Assembly: GCA_009914755.4 (NCBI GenBank) | Contig: CP086569.2 | Coordinates: forward strand, 21,120,001 to 21,184,000 | Direction: 5' to 3' | DNA length: 64,000 nucleotides | Source of the DNA: the human T2T-CHM13v2.0 reference genome, Homo sapiens | Part shown: positions 39,001-51,234 of the stretch, in pieces | Position numbering within the stretch: the stretch's first letter is position 1 | Layout of the letters: every line of letters starts with the position of its first letter | Made by a program: the position numbers and the translations under genes | The notes under the pieces: model-generated | What the model was told of the DNA's origin: nothing | The model's database searches: none | What the model saw: the letters and a program-made list of their open reading frames with translations, nothing else

Positions 39001-40419
39001 CTTACTGGTGAGTGTTACAGCACTTAATGGTGTTATGTCCAGAGTTTGTTCCTTCAGATGTGTCCATTGTGTCCTCCTTCTGGCAGGTTCATGGTCTTGC
39101 TCACTTCACTATTGAAGCTGCAGACCTTACTGGTGAGTGTTACAGCACTTAAAGGTGTTATGTCCAGAGATTGTTCCTTCAGATGCGTCCAGAGTTTCTA
39201 CCTTCTGGCAGGTTCATGGACTTGGTCACTTGAAGAATGAAGGTGCAGAACTTAGTGGTGACTGTTACAGCACTTAAAGGTGTTATGTCCAGACTTTGTT
39301 CCTTCAGATATGTCCAGAGTTTCTTCCTTCTGGCAGGTTCATTGTCTTGCTCATTTCAAGAAAGAAGCTGCAGACCTCAGTGGTGAGTGTTACAACACTT
39401 AAATGTAGTATGTCCAGACTTTGTTCCTTCAGATATGTCCAGATTTTCTTCCTTCTGGCAGGTTCATGGTCTTGTTCACTTCACTAATGAAGCTGCAGAC
39501 CTTACTGGTGAGTGTTACAACACTTAAAGGTGTTATGTCCAGAGTTTATTCCTTCAGATGGGTCCAGGGTTTCTGTCTTCTGGCAGGTCCATGGTCTTGC
39601 TCACTTCAAGAATGAAGCTGCAGACCTTAGTGGTGAGTGTTACAGCACTTAAAGGTGTTATGTCCAGAGTTTCTACCTTCAGATGTGTCCAGAGTTTCTT
39701 CCTTCTTGCAGGTTCGTGGTCTTGCTCACTTCCTTTATGAAGCTGCAGACCTTCCTGGTGAGTGTTACAGCCTTTAAAGGTGTTATGTCCAGAGTTTGTT
39801 CCTTCAGATGTGTCCATTGTGTCCTCCTTCTGGCAGGTTCATGGTCTTGCTCACTTCACTAATGAAGCTGCAGACCTTACTGGTGAGTGTTACAGCACTT
39901 AAAGGTATTATGTCCAGAGTTTTTTCCTTCAGATGTGTCCAGGGTTTCTGTCTTCTGGCTGGTTCATGTCTTGGTCACTTCAAGAATGAAGCTGCCGACC
40001 TTAGTGGTGACTGTTACAGCACTTAAACGTGTTATGTCCAGAGTTTTTTCCTTCAGATGTGTCCAGCGTTTCTTCCTTCTGGCAGGTTCATGGTCTTGCT
40101 CACTTCAAGAATGAAGCTGCAGACCTTACTGTTGAGTGTTAAAGCACTTAAAGGTGTTATATCCAGAGTTTGTTCCTTCAGATGTGTCCAGAGTTTCTTC
40201 CTTCTGGCAGGTTCATGGTGTTGCTCACTTCAACAATGAAGCTGCAGACCTTAGTGTTGAGTGTTACAGCACTTAAAGGTGTTATGTCCAGAGTTTGTTC
40301 CTTCAGATGTGACCAGAGTTTCTTCCTTCTTGCAGGTTCGTGGTCTTGCTCACTTCCTTAATGAAGCTGCAGGCCTTCCTGGTTTGTGTTACAGCACTTA
40401 AAGTTGTTATGTCCAGAGT

Positions 40420-42500
40420 TTGTTCCTTCAGATGTGTCCATTGTGTCCTCCTTCTGGCAGGTTCATGGTCTTGCTCACTTCACTAATGAAGCTGCAGACC
40501 TTACTGGTGAGTGTTACAGCACTTAAAGGTGTTATGTCCGGAGTTTGTTCCTTCAGATGTGTCCAGTGTGTCTTCCTTCTGGCAGGTTCATGGTCTTGCT
40601 CACTTCAAGAATGGAGCTGCAGACTTTTGTGGTGAGTGTTACAGCAGTTAAAGTTGTTATGTCCAGAATTTGTTCCTTCAGATCTGTCCAGTGTTTCTTC
40701 CTTCTGGCAGGTTCATGGTCTTGCTCAGTTCAAGAATGAAGCTGCAGACCTTACAGGTGAGTGCTACAGAACTTAAAGGTGTTGTGTCCAGAGGTTGTTC
40801 CTTCAGATGCGTCCAGAGTTTCTACCTTCTGGCAGGTTCATGGTGTTGGTCACTTCAAGAATGAAGGTGCAGACCTTAGTGGTGAGTGTTACAGCACTTA
40901 AAGGTGTTATGTCCAGACTTTGTTCCTTCAGATATGTCCAGAGTTTCTTCCTTCTGGCAGGTTCATTGTCTTGCTCATTTCAAGAATGAAGCTGCAGACT
41001 TTAGTGGTGAGTGTTACACCACTTAAAGGTGTTATGTCCAGACTTTGTTCCTTCAGATATGTCCAGAGTTTCTTCCTTCTGGCAAGTTCATGGTCTTGCT
41101 CACTTCACTAATAAAGCTGAAGACCTTACTGGTGAGTATTACAGCACTTTAAGGTGTTATGTCCAGAGTTTTTTCCTTCGGATGTGTCCAGCGTTTCTTC
41201 CTTCTGGCAAGTTCATGGTCTTGCTCACTTCAAGAATGAAGCTGCAGACCTTACTGTTTAGTGTTAAAGCACTTAAAGGTGTTATATCCAGAGTTTGTTC
41301 CGTCAGATGTGTCCAGAGTTTCTTCCTTCTGGCAGGTTCATGGTGTTGCTCACTTCAAGAATGAAGCTGCAGACCTTAGTGTTGAGTGTTAAAGCACTTA
41401 AAGGTGTTATGTCCAGAGTTTGTTCCTTCAGATGTGTCCAGAGTTTCTTCCTTCTTGCAGGTTCGTGGTCTTGCTCACTTCCTTAATGAAGCTGCAGACC
41501 TTCCTGGAGAGTGTTACAGCACTTAAAGGTGTTATGTCCAGAGTTTGTTCCTTCAGATGTGTCCATTGTGTCCTCCTTCTGGTAGGTTCATGGTCTTGCT
41601 CACTTCACTAATGAAGCTGCAGACCTTACTGGTGAGTGTTAAAGCACTTAAAGGTGTTATGTCCAGAGTTTGTTCCTTCAGATGTGTCCACTGTCTCTTC
41701 CTTCTGGCAGGTTCATGGTCTTGCTCACTTCAAGAATGGAGCTGCAGACATTTGTGGTGAGTGTTACATCAGTTAAAGTTGTTATGTCCAGAATTTGTTC
41801 CTTCAGATGTGTCCAGTGTTTCTTCCTTCTGCCAGGTTCATGGGCTTGCTCACTTCAGGAATGAAGCTGCAGACCTTACAGGTGAGTGTTACAGAACTTA
41901 AAGGTGTTGTGTACAGAGATGGTTCCTTCAGATGCGTCCAGAGTTTCTACCTTCTGGCAGTTTCATGGTCTTGGTCACTTCAAGAATGAAGGTGCAGGCC
42001 TTAGTGGTGAGTGTTACAGCACTTAAAGGTGTTATGTCCAGACTTTGTTCCTTCAGATATGTCCAGAGTTGCTTCCTTCTGGCAGGTTCATTGTCTTGCT
42101 CATATCAAGAATGAAGCTGCAGACTTTAGTGGTGAGTGTTACAGCACTTAAAGTTGTTATGTCCAGACTTTGTACCTTCAGATATGTCCAGAGTTTCTTC
42201 CTTCTGGCAGGTTCATGGTCTTGCTCACTTCACTAATAAAGCTGAAGACCTTACTGGTGAGTGTTACAGCACTTTAAGGTGTTATGTCCAGAGTTTGTTT
42301 CCTCAGATGTGTCCAGGGTTTCTGTCTTCTGGCAGGTTCCTGGTCTTGCTCACTTCAAGAATGAAGCTGCAGACCTTAGTGGTGAGTGTTACAGCACTTA
42401 AAGGTGTTATGTCCAGAGATTTTTCCTTCAGATGTGTCCAGCGTTTCTTCCTTCTGTCAGGTTCATGGTCTTGCTCACTTCAAGAATGAAGCTGCAGACC
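40420..42500. repeat. Tandem ~9-monomer (1125-bp) higher-order unit x ~2, copies moderately diverged; related modules at 36138-36730 and 30801-31120
   Basis: Peptide series C(PLCPPSGRF)/V/…SFYLLAGSWCWSLQE/MRPEF…KVQ/ICPEF…ISRMKLQ/…TNKAEDLTG recurs with a 1125-bp offset (40420/41545, 40545/41670, 40670/41795, 40795/41932, 40920/42045, 41011/42136) and with a 4249-bp offset from 36138/36296/36421/36546. Confidence 0.7.
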
Positions 42501-44169
42501 TTAGTGTTGAGTGTTAAGGCACTTAAAGGTGTTATGTCCAGAGTTTGTTCCTTCAGATGTCTCCAGGTTTTCTTCCTTCTGGCAGGTTCATGGTGTTGCT
42601 CACCTCAAGAATGCAGCTTCAGACCTCAGTGTTGAGTGTTACAGCACTCAAAGGTGTTATGTCCAGAGTTTTTTCCTTCAGATATGTCCAGCGTTTCTTC
42701 CTTCTGGCAGGTTCATGGTCTTGCACACTTCAAGAATGAAGCTGCAGACCTTACTGTTGAGTTTTAAAGCACTTAAATGTGTTATGTCCAGAGTTTGTTC
42801 CTACAGATGTGTCCAGAGTTTCTTCCTTCTGGCAGGTTCATGGTGTTGCTCACTTCAAGAATGAAGCTGCAGACCTTACTGTTGAGTGTTACAGCACTTA
42901 AAGGTGTTATGTCCAGAGTTTTTTCCTTCAGATGTGTCCAGCGTTTCTTCCTTCTGGGAGGTTCATCGTCTTGCTCACTTCACTAATGAAGCTGCAGACC
43001 TTACTGGTGAGTGTTACAGCACTTAAAGCTGTTATGTCCAGAGTTTGTTCCTTCAGATTTGTCCAGTGTCTCTTCCTTCTGGCAGGTTCATGGTCTTGCT
43101 CACTTCAAGAATGGAGCTGCAGACTTTTGTGGTGAGTGTTACAGCAGTTAAAGTTGTTATGTCCAGAATTTGTTCCTTCAGATGTGTCCAGTGTTTCTTC
43201 CTTCTGGCAGGTTTATGGTCTTGCTCACTTCAAGAATGAAGCTGCAGACCTTAGTGGTGAGTGTTACAGCACTTAAAGGTGTTATGTCCAGAGTTTTTTC
43301 CTTCAGATATGTCCAGCGTTTCTTACTTCTGGCAGGTTCATGGTCTTGCTCACTTCAAGAGTAAAGCTGCAGACCTTACTGTTGAGTTTTAAAGCTCTTA
43401 AAGGTGTTATGTCCAGAGTTTGTTCCTTCAGATGTGTCCAGAGTTTCTTCCTTCTGGCAGGTTCATGGTGTTGCTCACTTCAAGAATGAAGCTGCAGACC
43501 TTAGTGTTGAGTGTTACAGCACTTAAAGGTGTTATGTCCAGAGTTTTTTCCTTCAGATGTGTCCAGCGTTTCTTCCTTCTGGCAGGTTCATCGTCTTGCT
43601 CACTTTAAGAATGAAGCTGCAGACCTTACTCTTGAGTGTTAAGGCACTTAAAGGTGTTATGTCCAGAGTTTGTTCCTTCAGATGTGTCCAGAATTTCTTC
43701 CTTCTGGCAGGTTCATGGTGTTGCTCACTTCAAGAATGAAGCTGCAGACCTTAGTGTTGAGTGTTACGGCACTTAAAGGTGTTATGTCCAGAGTTTTTTC
43801 CTTCAGATATGTCCAGCGTTTCTTCCTTCTGCCAGGTTCATGGTCTTGCACACTTCAAGAATGAAGCTGCAGACCTTACTGTTGAGTTTTAAAGCACTTA
43901 ATGGTGTTATGTCTAGAGTTTGTTCCTTCAGATGTGTCCAGAGTTTGTTCCTTCTGGCAGGTTCATGGTGTTGCTCACTTCAAGAATGAAGCTGCAGACC
44001 TTAGTGTTGAGTGTTACAGCACTTAAACGTGTTATGTGCAGAGTTTGTTCCTTCATATGTGTCCAGAGTTTCTTCCTTCTTGCATGTTCGTGGTCTTGCT
44101 CACTTCCTTAATGAAGCTGCAGACCTTCCTGGTGAGTGTTACAACACTTAAATGTGTTATGTCCAGAGT

Positions 44170-45300
44170 TTGTTCCTTCAGATGTGTCCTGAGTGTCTTC
44201 CTTCTGGCAGGTTCATGGTCTTGCTCACTTCACTAATGAAGCTGCAGACCTTACTGGTGAGTGTTACAGCCCTTAAAGGTGTTATGTCCAGAGTTTGTTC
44301 CTTCAGATGTGTCCAGGGTTTCTGTCTTCTGGCAGGTACATGGTCTTGCTCACTTCAAGAATGAAGCTGCCGAACTTAGTGGTGAATGTTACAGCACTTA
44401 AAGGTGTTATGTCCAGAGTTTGTTCCTTCAGATGTGTCCAACGTTTCTTCTTTCTGGCAGGTTCATGGTCTTGCTCACTTCAAGAATGAAGCTGCAGACC
44501 TTACTGTTTAGTGCTAAAGCTCTTAAAGGTGTTATGTCCAGAGTTTGTTCCTTCAGATGTGTCCAGAGTTTCTTCCTTCTGGCAGGTTCATGGTGTTGCT
44601 CACATCAAGAATGAAGCTGCAGACCTTAGTGTTGAGTGTTACAGCACTTAAAGGTTTTATGTCCAGAGTTTGTTCCTTGAGATGTATCCAGAGTTTCTTC
44701 CTTCTTGCAGGTTCGTGATCTTGCTCACTTCCTTAATGAAGCTGCAGACCTTACTGGTGAGTGTTACAGCACTTAAAGGTGTTATGTCCAGAGTTTGTTC
44801 CTTCAGATGTGTCCAGTGTTTCTTCCTTCTGGCAGGTTCATGGTCTTGCTCACTTCAAGAATGAAGCTGCAGAGTTTTGTGGTGAGTGTTACAGCAGTTA
44901 AAGTTGTTATGTCCAGAATTTGTTCCTTCAGATGTGTCCAGTGTTTCTTCCTTCTGGCAGGTTCATGGTCTTGCTCACTTCAAGAATGAAGCTGCAAACC
45001 ATACTGGTGAGTGATACAGCACTTAAAGGTGTTATGCCCAGAGTTTGTTCCTTCAGATGTGTCCAGAGTGTCTTCCTTCAGGCAGGTTCATGGTCTTGCT
45101 CATTTCAAGAATTAAGTTGCAGACCTTAGTGGTGAGGGTTACAGCACATAAAGGTGTTATGTTCAGAGTTTGTTCCTTCAGATGTGTCCAGAGTTTCTTC
45201 CTTCTGGCCGTTTCGTGGTCTTCCTCACTTCAGCAATGAAGCTGCAGACCTTACTTGTGAGTGTTACAGCACTTAAAGGTGTTATGTCCAGAGTTTGTTC
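44170..45300. repeat. ~1.1-kb block (9 monomers) with a copy 25 monomers downstream (47295-48425) and a partial copy at 53668-54240
   Basis: ORF peptides match pairwise at an exact 3125-bp (25 x 125) offset: 44295/47420, 44420/47545, 44670/47795, 44795/47920, 44920/48045, 45045/48170. They match again at 44670/53668, 44795/53793, 44920/53918, 45045/54043 and 45170/54168. Confidence 0.75.
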
Positions 45301-45414
45301 CTTCAGATGTGTCCAGAGTGTCTTCCTTCTAGCAGGTTCATGGTCTTGCTCACTTCACTAATGAAGCTGCAGACTTTACTGGGGAGTGTTACAGCACTGA
45401 AAGGTGTTTTGTCC

Positions 45415-46950
45415 AGAGTTTGTTCCTTCAGATGTGTCCAGAGTTTCTTCCTTCTAGCAGGTTTATTGTCTTGCTCATTTCAAGAATTACGCTGCAGACC
45501 TTAGTGGTGAGTGTTTCAGCACTTAAAGGTGTTATGTCCAGAGTTTGTTCCTTCAGATGTGTCCTGAGTTTCTTCCTTCTGGCAGGTTCATGGTGTTGCT
45601 CACTTCAACAATGAAGCTGCAGACCTTAGTATTGAGTGTTACAGCACTTAAAAGTGTTATGTCCAGAGTTTCTTCCTTGAGATGTGTCCAGAGTTTCTTC
45701 CTTCTTGCAGGTTCGTGGTCTTGCTCAGTTCCTTAATGAAGCTGCAGACCTTACTGGTGAGTGTTACAGCACTTAAAGGTGTTATGTCCAGAGTTTGTTC
45801 CTTCAGATGTGTCCAGTGTTTCTTCCTTCTGACAGGTTCATGGTGTTGCTCACTTCAAGAATGAAGCTGCCGACCTTACTGGTGAGTGTCACAGCACTTA
45901 AAGGTATTATGTGCAGAGTTTGTTCCTTCAGAATTGTCCAGTGTTTCTTCCTTCTGGCAGGTTCATGGTCTTGCTCACTTCAAGAATGAAGCTGCAGACC
46001 TTACTGGTGAGTGTTACAGCACTTAAAGCTGTTATGTCCAGAGTTTGATCCTTCAGATGTTTCCAGAGTTTCTTCCTTCTGGCAGGTTCATGGTGTTGCT
46101 CACTTCAACAATGAAGCTGCAGACCTTAGTGTTGAGTGTTACAGCACTTAAAGGTGTTATGTTCAGAGTTTGTTCCTTCAGATGTGTCCAGAGTTTCTTC
46201 CTTCTAGCAGGTTTATTGTCTTGCTCATTTCAAGAATTACGCTGCAGACCTTAGTGGTGAGTGTTTCAGCACTTAAAGGTGTTATGTCCAGAGTTTGTTC
46301 CTTCAGATGTGTCCTGAGTTTCTTCCTTCTGGCAGGTTCATGGTGTTGCTCACTTCAACAATGAAGCTGCAGACCTTAGTATTGAGTGTTACAGCACTTA
46401 AAAGTGTTATGTCCAGAGTTTCTTCCTTGAGATGTGTCCAGAGTTTCTTCCTTCTTGCAGGTTCGTGGTCTTGCTCAGTTCCTTAATGAAGCTGCAGACC
46501 TTACTGGTGAGTGTTACAGCACTTAAAGGTGTTATGTCCAGAGTTTGTTCCTTCAGATGTGTCCAGTGTTTCTTCCTTCTGACAGGTTCATGGTGTTGCT
46601 CACTTCAAGAATGAAGCTGCCGACCTTACTGGTGAGTGTCACAGCACTTAAAGGTATTATGTGCAGAGTTTGTTCCTTCAGAATTGTCCAGTGTTTCTTC
46701 CTTCTGGCAGGTTCATGGTCTTGCTCACTTCAAGAATGAAGCTGCAGACCTTACTGGTGAGTGTTACAGCACTTAAAGCTGTTATGTCCAGAGTTTGATC
46801 CTTCAGATGTTTCCAGAGTTTCTTCCTTCTGGCAGGTTCATGGTGTTGCTCACTTCAACAATGAAGCTGCAGACCTTAGTGTTGAGTGTTACAGCACTTA
46901 AAGGTGTTATGTTCAGAGTTTGTTCCTTCAGATGTGTCCAGAGTTTCTTC
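45415..46950. repeat. Tandem duplication of a 750-bp (6-monomer) unit, ~2.05 copies, 100% identical where compared
   Basis: Direct comparison of sequence lines 45421-46200 with 46171-46950 shows identity at every position checked. ORF peptides 45420/46170, 45545/46295, 45682/46432 and 45795/46545 are identical. Flanks diverge immediately outside. Confidence 0.9.
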
Positions 46951-49900
46951 CTTCTTGCAGGGTCGTAGTCTTGCTCACTTCCTTAATGAAGCTGCAGACC
47001 TTACTGGTGAGTGTTACAGCACTTAAAGGTGTTATGTCCAGAGTTTCTTCCTTCAGATGTCTCCAGTGTTTCTTCCTTCTGGCAGGTTCATGGTGTTCCT
47101 CACTTCAAGAATGAAGCTGCAGACCTTACTGGTGAGTGTTACAGCACTCATAGGTGTTATGTGCAGAGTTTGTTCCTTCAGATGTGTCCAGAGTTTCTTC
47201 CTTCTTGCAGGTTGGTGGTCTTTCTCACTACCTTAATGAAGCTGCAGACCTTACTGGTGAATGTTACAGCACATAAAGGTGTTATGTCCAGAGTTTGTTC
47301 CTTCAGATGTGTCCTGAGTGTCTTCCTTCTGGCAGGTTCATGGTCTTGCTCACTTCACTAATGAAGCTGCAGACCTTACTGGTGAGTGTTACAGCCCTTA
47401 AAGGTGTTATGTCCAGAGATTGTTCCTTCAGATGTGTCCAGGGTTTCTGTCTTCTGGCAGGTACATGGTCTTGCTCACTTCAAGAATGAAGCTGCCGAAC
47501 TTAGTGGTGAGTGTTACAGCACTTAAAGGTGTTATATCCAGAGTTTGTTCCTTCAGATGTGTCCAGCGTTTCTTCTTTCTGGCAGGTTCATGCTCTTGCT
47601 CACTTCAAGAATGAAGCTGCAGACCTTACTGTTTAGTTCTAAAGCTCTTAAAGGTGTTATGTCCAGAGTTTGTTCCTTCAGATGTGTCCAGAGTTTCTTC
47701 CTTCTGGCAGGTTCATGGTCTTGCTCACATCAAGAATGAAGCTGCAGACCTTAGTGTTGAGTGTTACAGCACTTAAAGGTTTTATGTCCAGAGTTTGTTC
47801 CTTGACATGTGTCCAGAGTTTCTTCCTTATTGCAGGTTCGTGATCTTGCTCACTTCCTTAATGAAGCTGCAGACCTTACTGGTGAGTGTTACAGCACTTA
47901 AAGGTGTTATGTCCAGAGTTTGTTCCTTCAGATGTGTCCAGTGTTTCTTCCTTCTGGCAGGTTCATGGTCTTGCTCACTTCACGAATGAAGCTGCAGAGT
48001 TTTGTGGTGAGTGTTACAGCAGTTAAAGTTGTTATGTCCAGAATTTTTTCCTTCAGATGTGTCCAGTGTTTCTTCCTTCTGGCAGGTTCATGGTCTTGCT
48101 CACTTCAAGAATGAAGCTGCAAACCTTACTGGTGAGTGATACAGCACTTAAAGGTGTTATGCCCAGAGTTTGTTCCTTCAGATGTGTCCAGAGTGTCTTC
48201 CTTCAGGCAGGTTCATGGTCTTGCTCATTTCAAGAATTAAGTTGCAGACCTTAGTGGTGAGGGTTACAGCACTTAAAGGTGTTATGTTCAGAGTTTCTTC
48301 CTTCAGATGTGTCCAGAGTTTCTTCCTTCTGGCAGGTTCATGGTGTTGCTCACTTCAAGAATGAAGCAGCAGACCTTACTGGTGAGTGTTACAGCACTTA
48401 AAGCTGTTATGTCCAGAGTTTTTTCCTTCAGATGTTTCCAGAGTTTCTTCCTTCTGGCAGGTTCGTGGTCTTGCTCACTTCTTTAATGAAGCTGCAGACC
48501 TTACTGGTGAGTGTTACAGCACTTAAAGGTGTTATGTCCAGAGTTTGTTTCTTCAGATGTGTCCAGAGTTTCTTCTTTCTGGCAGTTTCGTGGTCTTCCT
48601 CACTTCAAGAATGAAGCTGCAGACCTTAATGGTGAGTGTTACACCACTTAAAGGTGTTATGTCCAGAGTTTGTTCCTTCAGATGTGTCCAGAGTGTCTTC
48701 CTTCTGGCAGGTTCATGGTCTTGCTCACTTCACTAATGAAGCTGCAGACCTTACTGGGGAGTGTTACAGCACTTAAAGTTGTTTTGTGCAGAGTTTGCTC
48801 CTTCAGATGTGTCCAGAGTTTCTTCCTTCTAGCAGGTTCATTGTCTTGCTCATTTCAAGAATTAAGCTACAGATCTTAGTGGTGAGTGTTACAGCACATA
48901 AAGGTGTTATGTCCAGAGTTTTTTCCTTCAGATGTGTCCAGTGTTTCTTCCTTCTGGCAGGTTCTTGGTCTTGCTCACTTCAAGAATGAAGCTGCAGACC
49001 TTACTGTTGAGTGTTAAAGCACTTAAAAGTGTTATCTCCAGAGTTTGTTCCTTCAGATCTTTCCAGAGTTTCTGCCTTCTGGCAGGTTCATGGTCTTGCT
49101 CATTTCAAGAATTGAGCTGCAGACCTTAGTGGTGAGGGTTACAGCACTTAAAGGTGTTATGTGCAGAGTTTGTTCCTTCAGATGTGTCCAGAGTTTCTTC
49201 CTTCGTGCAGGTTCGTGGTCTTTCTCACTTCCTTAATGAAGCTGCAGACCTTACTGATGAGTGTTACAGCAATAAAAGGTGTTATGTCCAGAGTTTGTTC
49301 CTTCAGATGTGTCCTGAGTGTCTTCCTTCTGGCAGGTTCATGGTCTTGCTCACTTCAAGAATGAAGCTGCAGACCTTATTGTTGAGTGTTAAAGCACTTA
49401 AAGGTGTTATCTCCAGAGTTTGTTCCTTCAGATGTGTCCAGAGTTTCTTCCTTCTGGCAGGTTCTTGGTGTTGCTCACTTCAACAATGAAGCTGCAGACC
49501 TTAGTGTTGAGTGTTACAGCACTTAAAGGTGTTATGTCCAGAGTTTGTTCCTCCAGATGTGTCCAGAGTTTCTTCCTTCTTTCAGGGTCGTAGTCTTGCT
49601 CACTTCCTTAATGAAGCTGCAGACCTTACTGGTGAGTGTTACAGCACTTAAAGGTGTTATGTCCAGAGTTTCTTCCTTCAGATGTGTCCAGTGTTTCTTC
49701 CTTCTGGCAGGTTCATGGTGCGGCTCACTTCAAGAATGAAGCTGCAGACCTTACTGGTGAGTGTTACAGCACTCAAAGGCGTTATGTGCAGAGTTTGTTC
49801 CTTCAGATGTGTCCAGAGTTTCTTCCTTCTTGCGGGTTGGTGGTCTTTCTCACTACCTTAATGAAGCTGCAGACCTTACTGGTGAATGTTACAGCACTTA

Positions 49901-51234
49901 AAGGAGTTATGTCCAGAGTTTGTTCCTTCAGATGTGTCCTGAGTGTCTTCCTTCTGGCAGGTTCATGGTCTTGCTCACTTCACTAATGAAGCTGCAGACC
50001 TTACTGGTGAGTGTTACAGCACTTAAAGGTGTTATGTCCAGAGTTTGTTCCTTCAGATGTGTCCAGGGTTTCTGTCTTCTGGCAGGTACATGGTCTTGCT
50101 CACTTCAAGAATGAAGCTGCCGAACTTAGTGGTGAATGTTACAGCACTTAAAGGTGTTATGTCCAGAGTTTTTTCCTTCAGATGTGTCCAGTGTTTCTTC
50201 CTTCTGGAAGGTTCATGGTCTTGCTCACTTCAGGAATGAAGCTGCAGAACTTACTGGTGTGTGATACAGCACTTAAAGGTGTTATGTCCAGAGTTTGTTC
50301 CTTCAGATGTGTCCAGAGTTTCTTCCTTCTGGCAGGTTCATGGTGTTGCTCACTTCAAGAATGAAGCAGCAGACCTTACTGGTGAGTGTTACAGCAGTTA
50401 AAGGTGTTATGACCAGAGTTTGTTCCTTCAGATGTTTCCAGAGTTTCTTCCTTCTGGCGGGTTCGTGGTCTTGCTCACTTCTTTAATGAAGCTGCAGACC
50501 TTACTGGTGAGTGTTACAGCACTTAAAGGTGTTATGTCCAGAGTTTGTTTCTTCAGATGAGTCCAGAGTTTCTTCCTTCTGGCAGTTTCGTGATCTTCCT
50601 CACTTCAAGAATGAAGCTGCAGACCTTACTGGTGAGTGTTACAACACTTAAAGGTGTTATGTCCAGAGTTTATTCCTTCAGATGTGTCCAGAGTGTCCTC
50701 CTTCTGGCAGGTTCATGGTCTTGCTCACTTCACTAATGAAGCTGCAGACCTTACTAGTGAGTGTTACAGCACTTAAAGGTGTTATGTCCAGAGTTTTTTC
50801 CTTCAGATGTGTCCAGGGTTTCTGTCTTCTGGCAGGTTCATGGTCTTGCTCACTTCAAGAATGAAGCTGCAGACCTTAGTGGTGAGTGTTACAGCACTTA
50901 AAGGTGTTATGTCCAGAGTTTATTCTTTCAGATGTGTCCAGCGTTTCTTCCTTCTGGCAGGTTCATGGTCTTGCTCACTTCAAGAATGAAGCTGCAGTCC
51001 TTACTGTTGAGTGTTAAAGCACTTAAAGGTGTTATCTCCAGAGTTTTTTCCTTCAGATGTGTCCAGAGTTTCTTCCTTCTGGCAGGTTCTTGGTGTTGCT
51101 CACTTCAACAATGAAGCTGCAGACCTTAGTGTTGAGTGTTACAGCAGTTAAAGGTGTTATGTCCAGAGTTTGTTCCTTCAGATGTGTCCAGAGTTTCTTC
51201 CTTCTTGCAGGGTCGTAGTCTTGCTCACTTCCTT

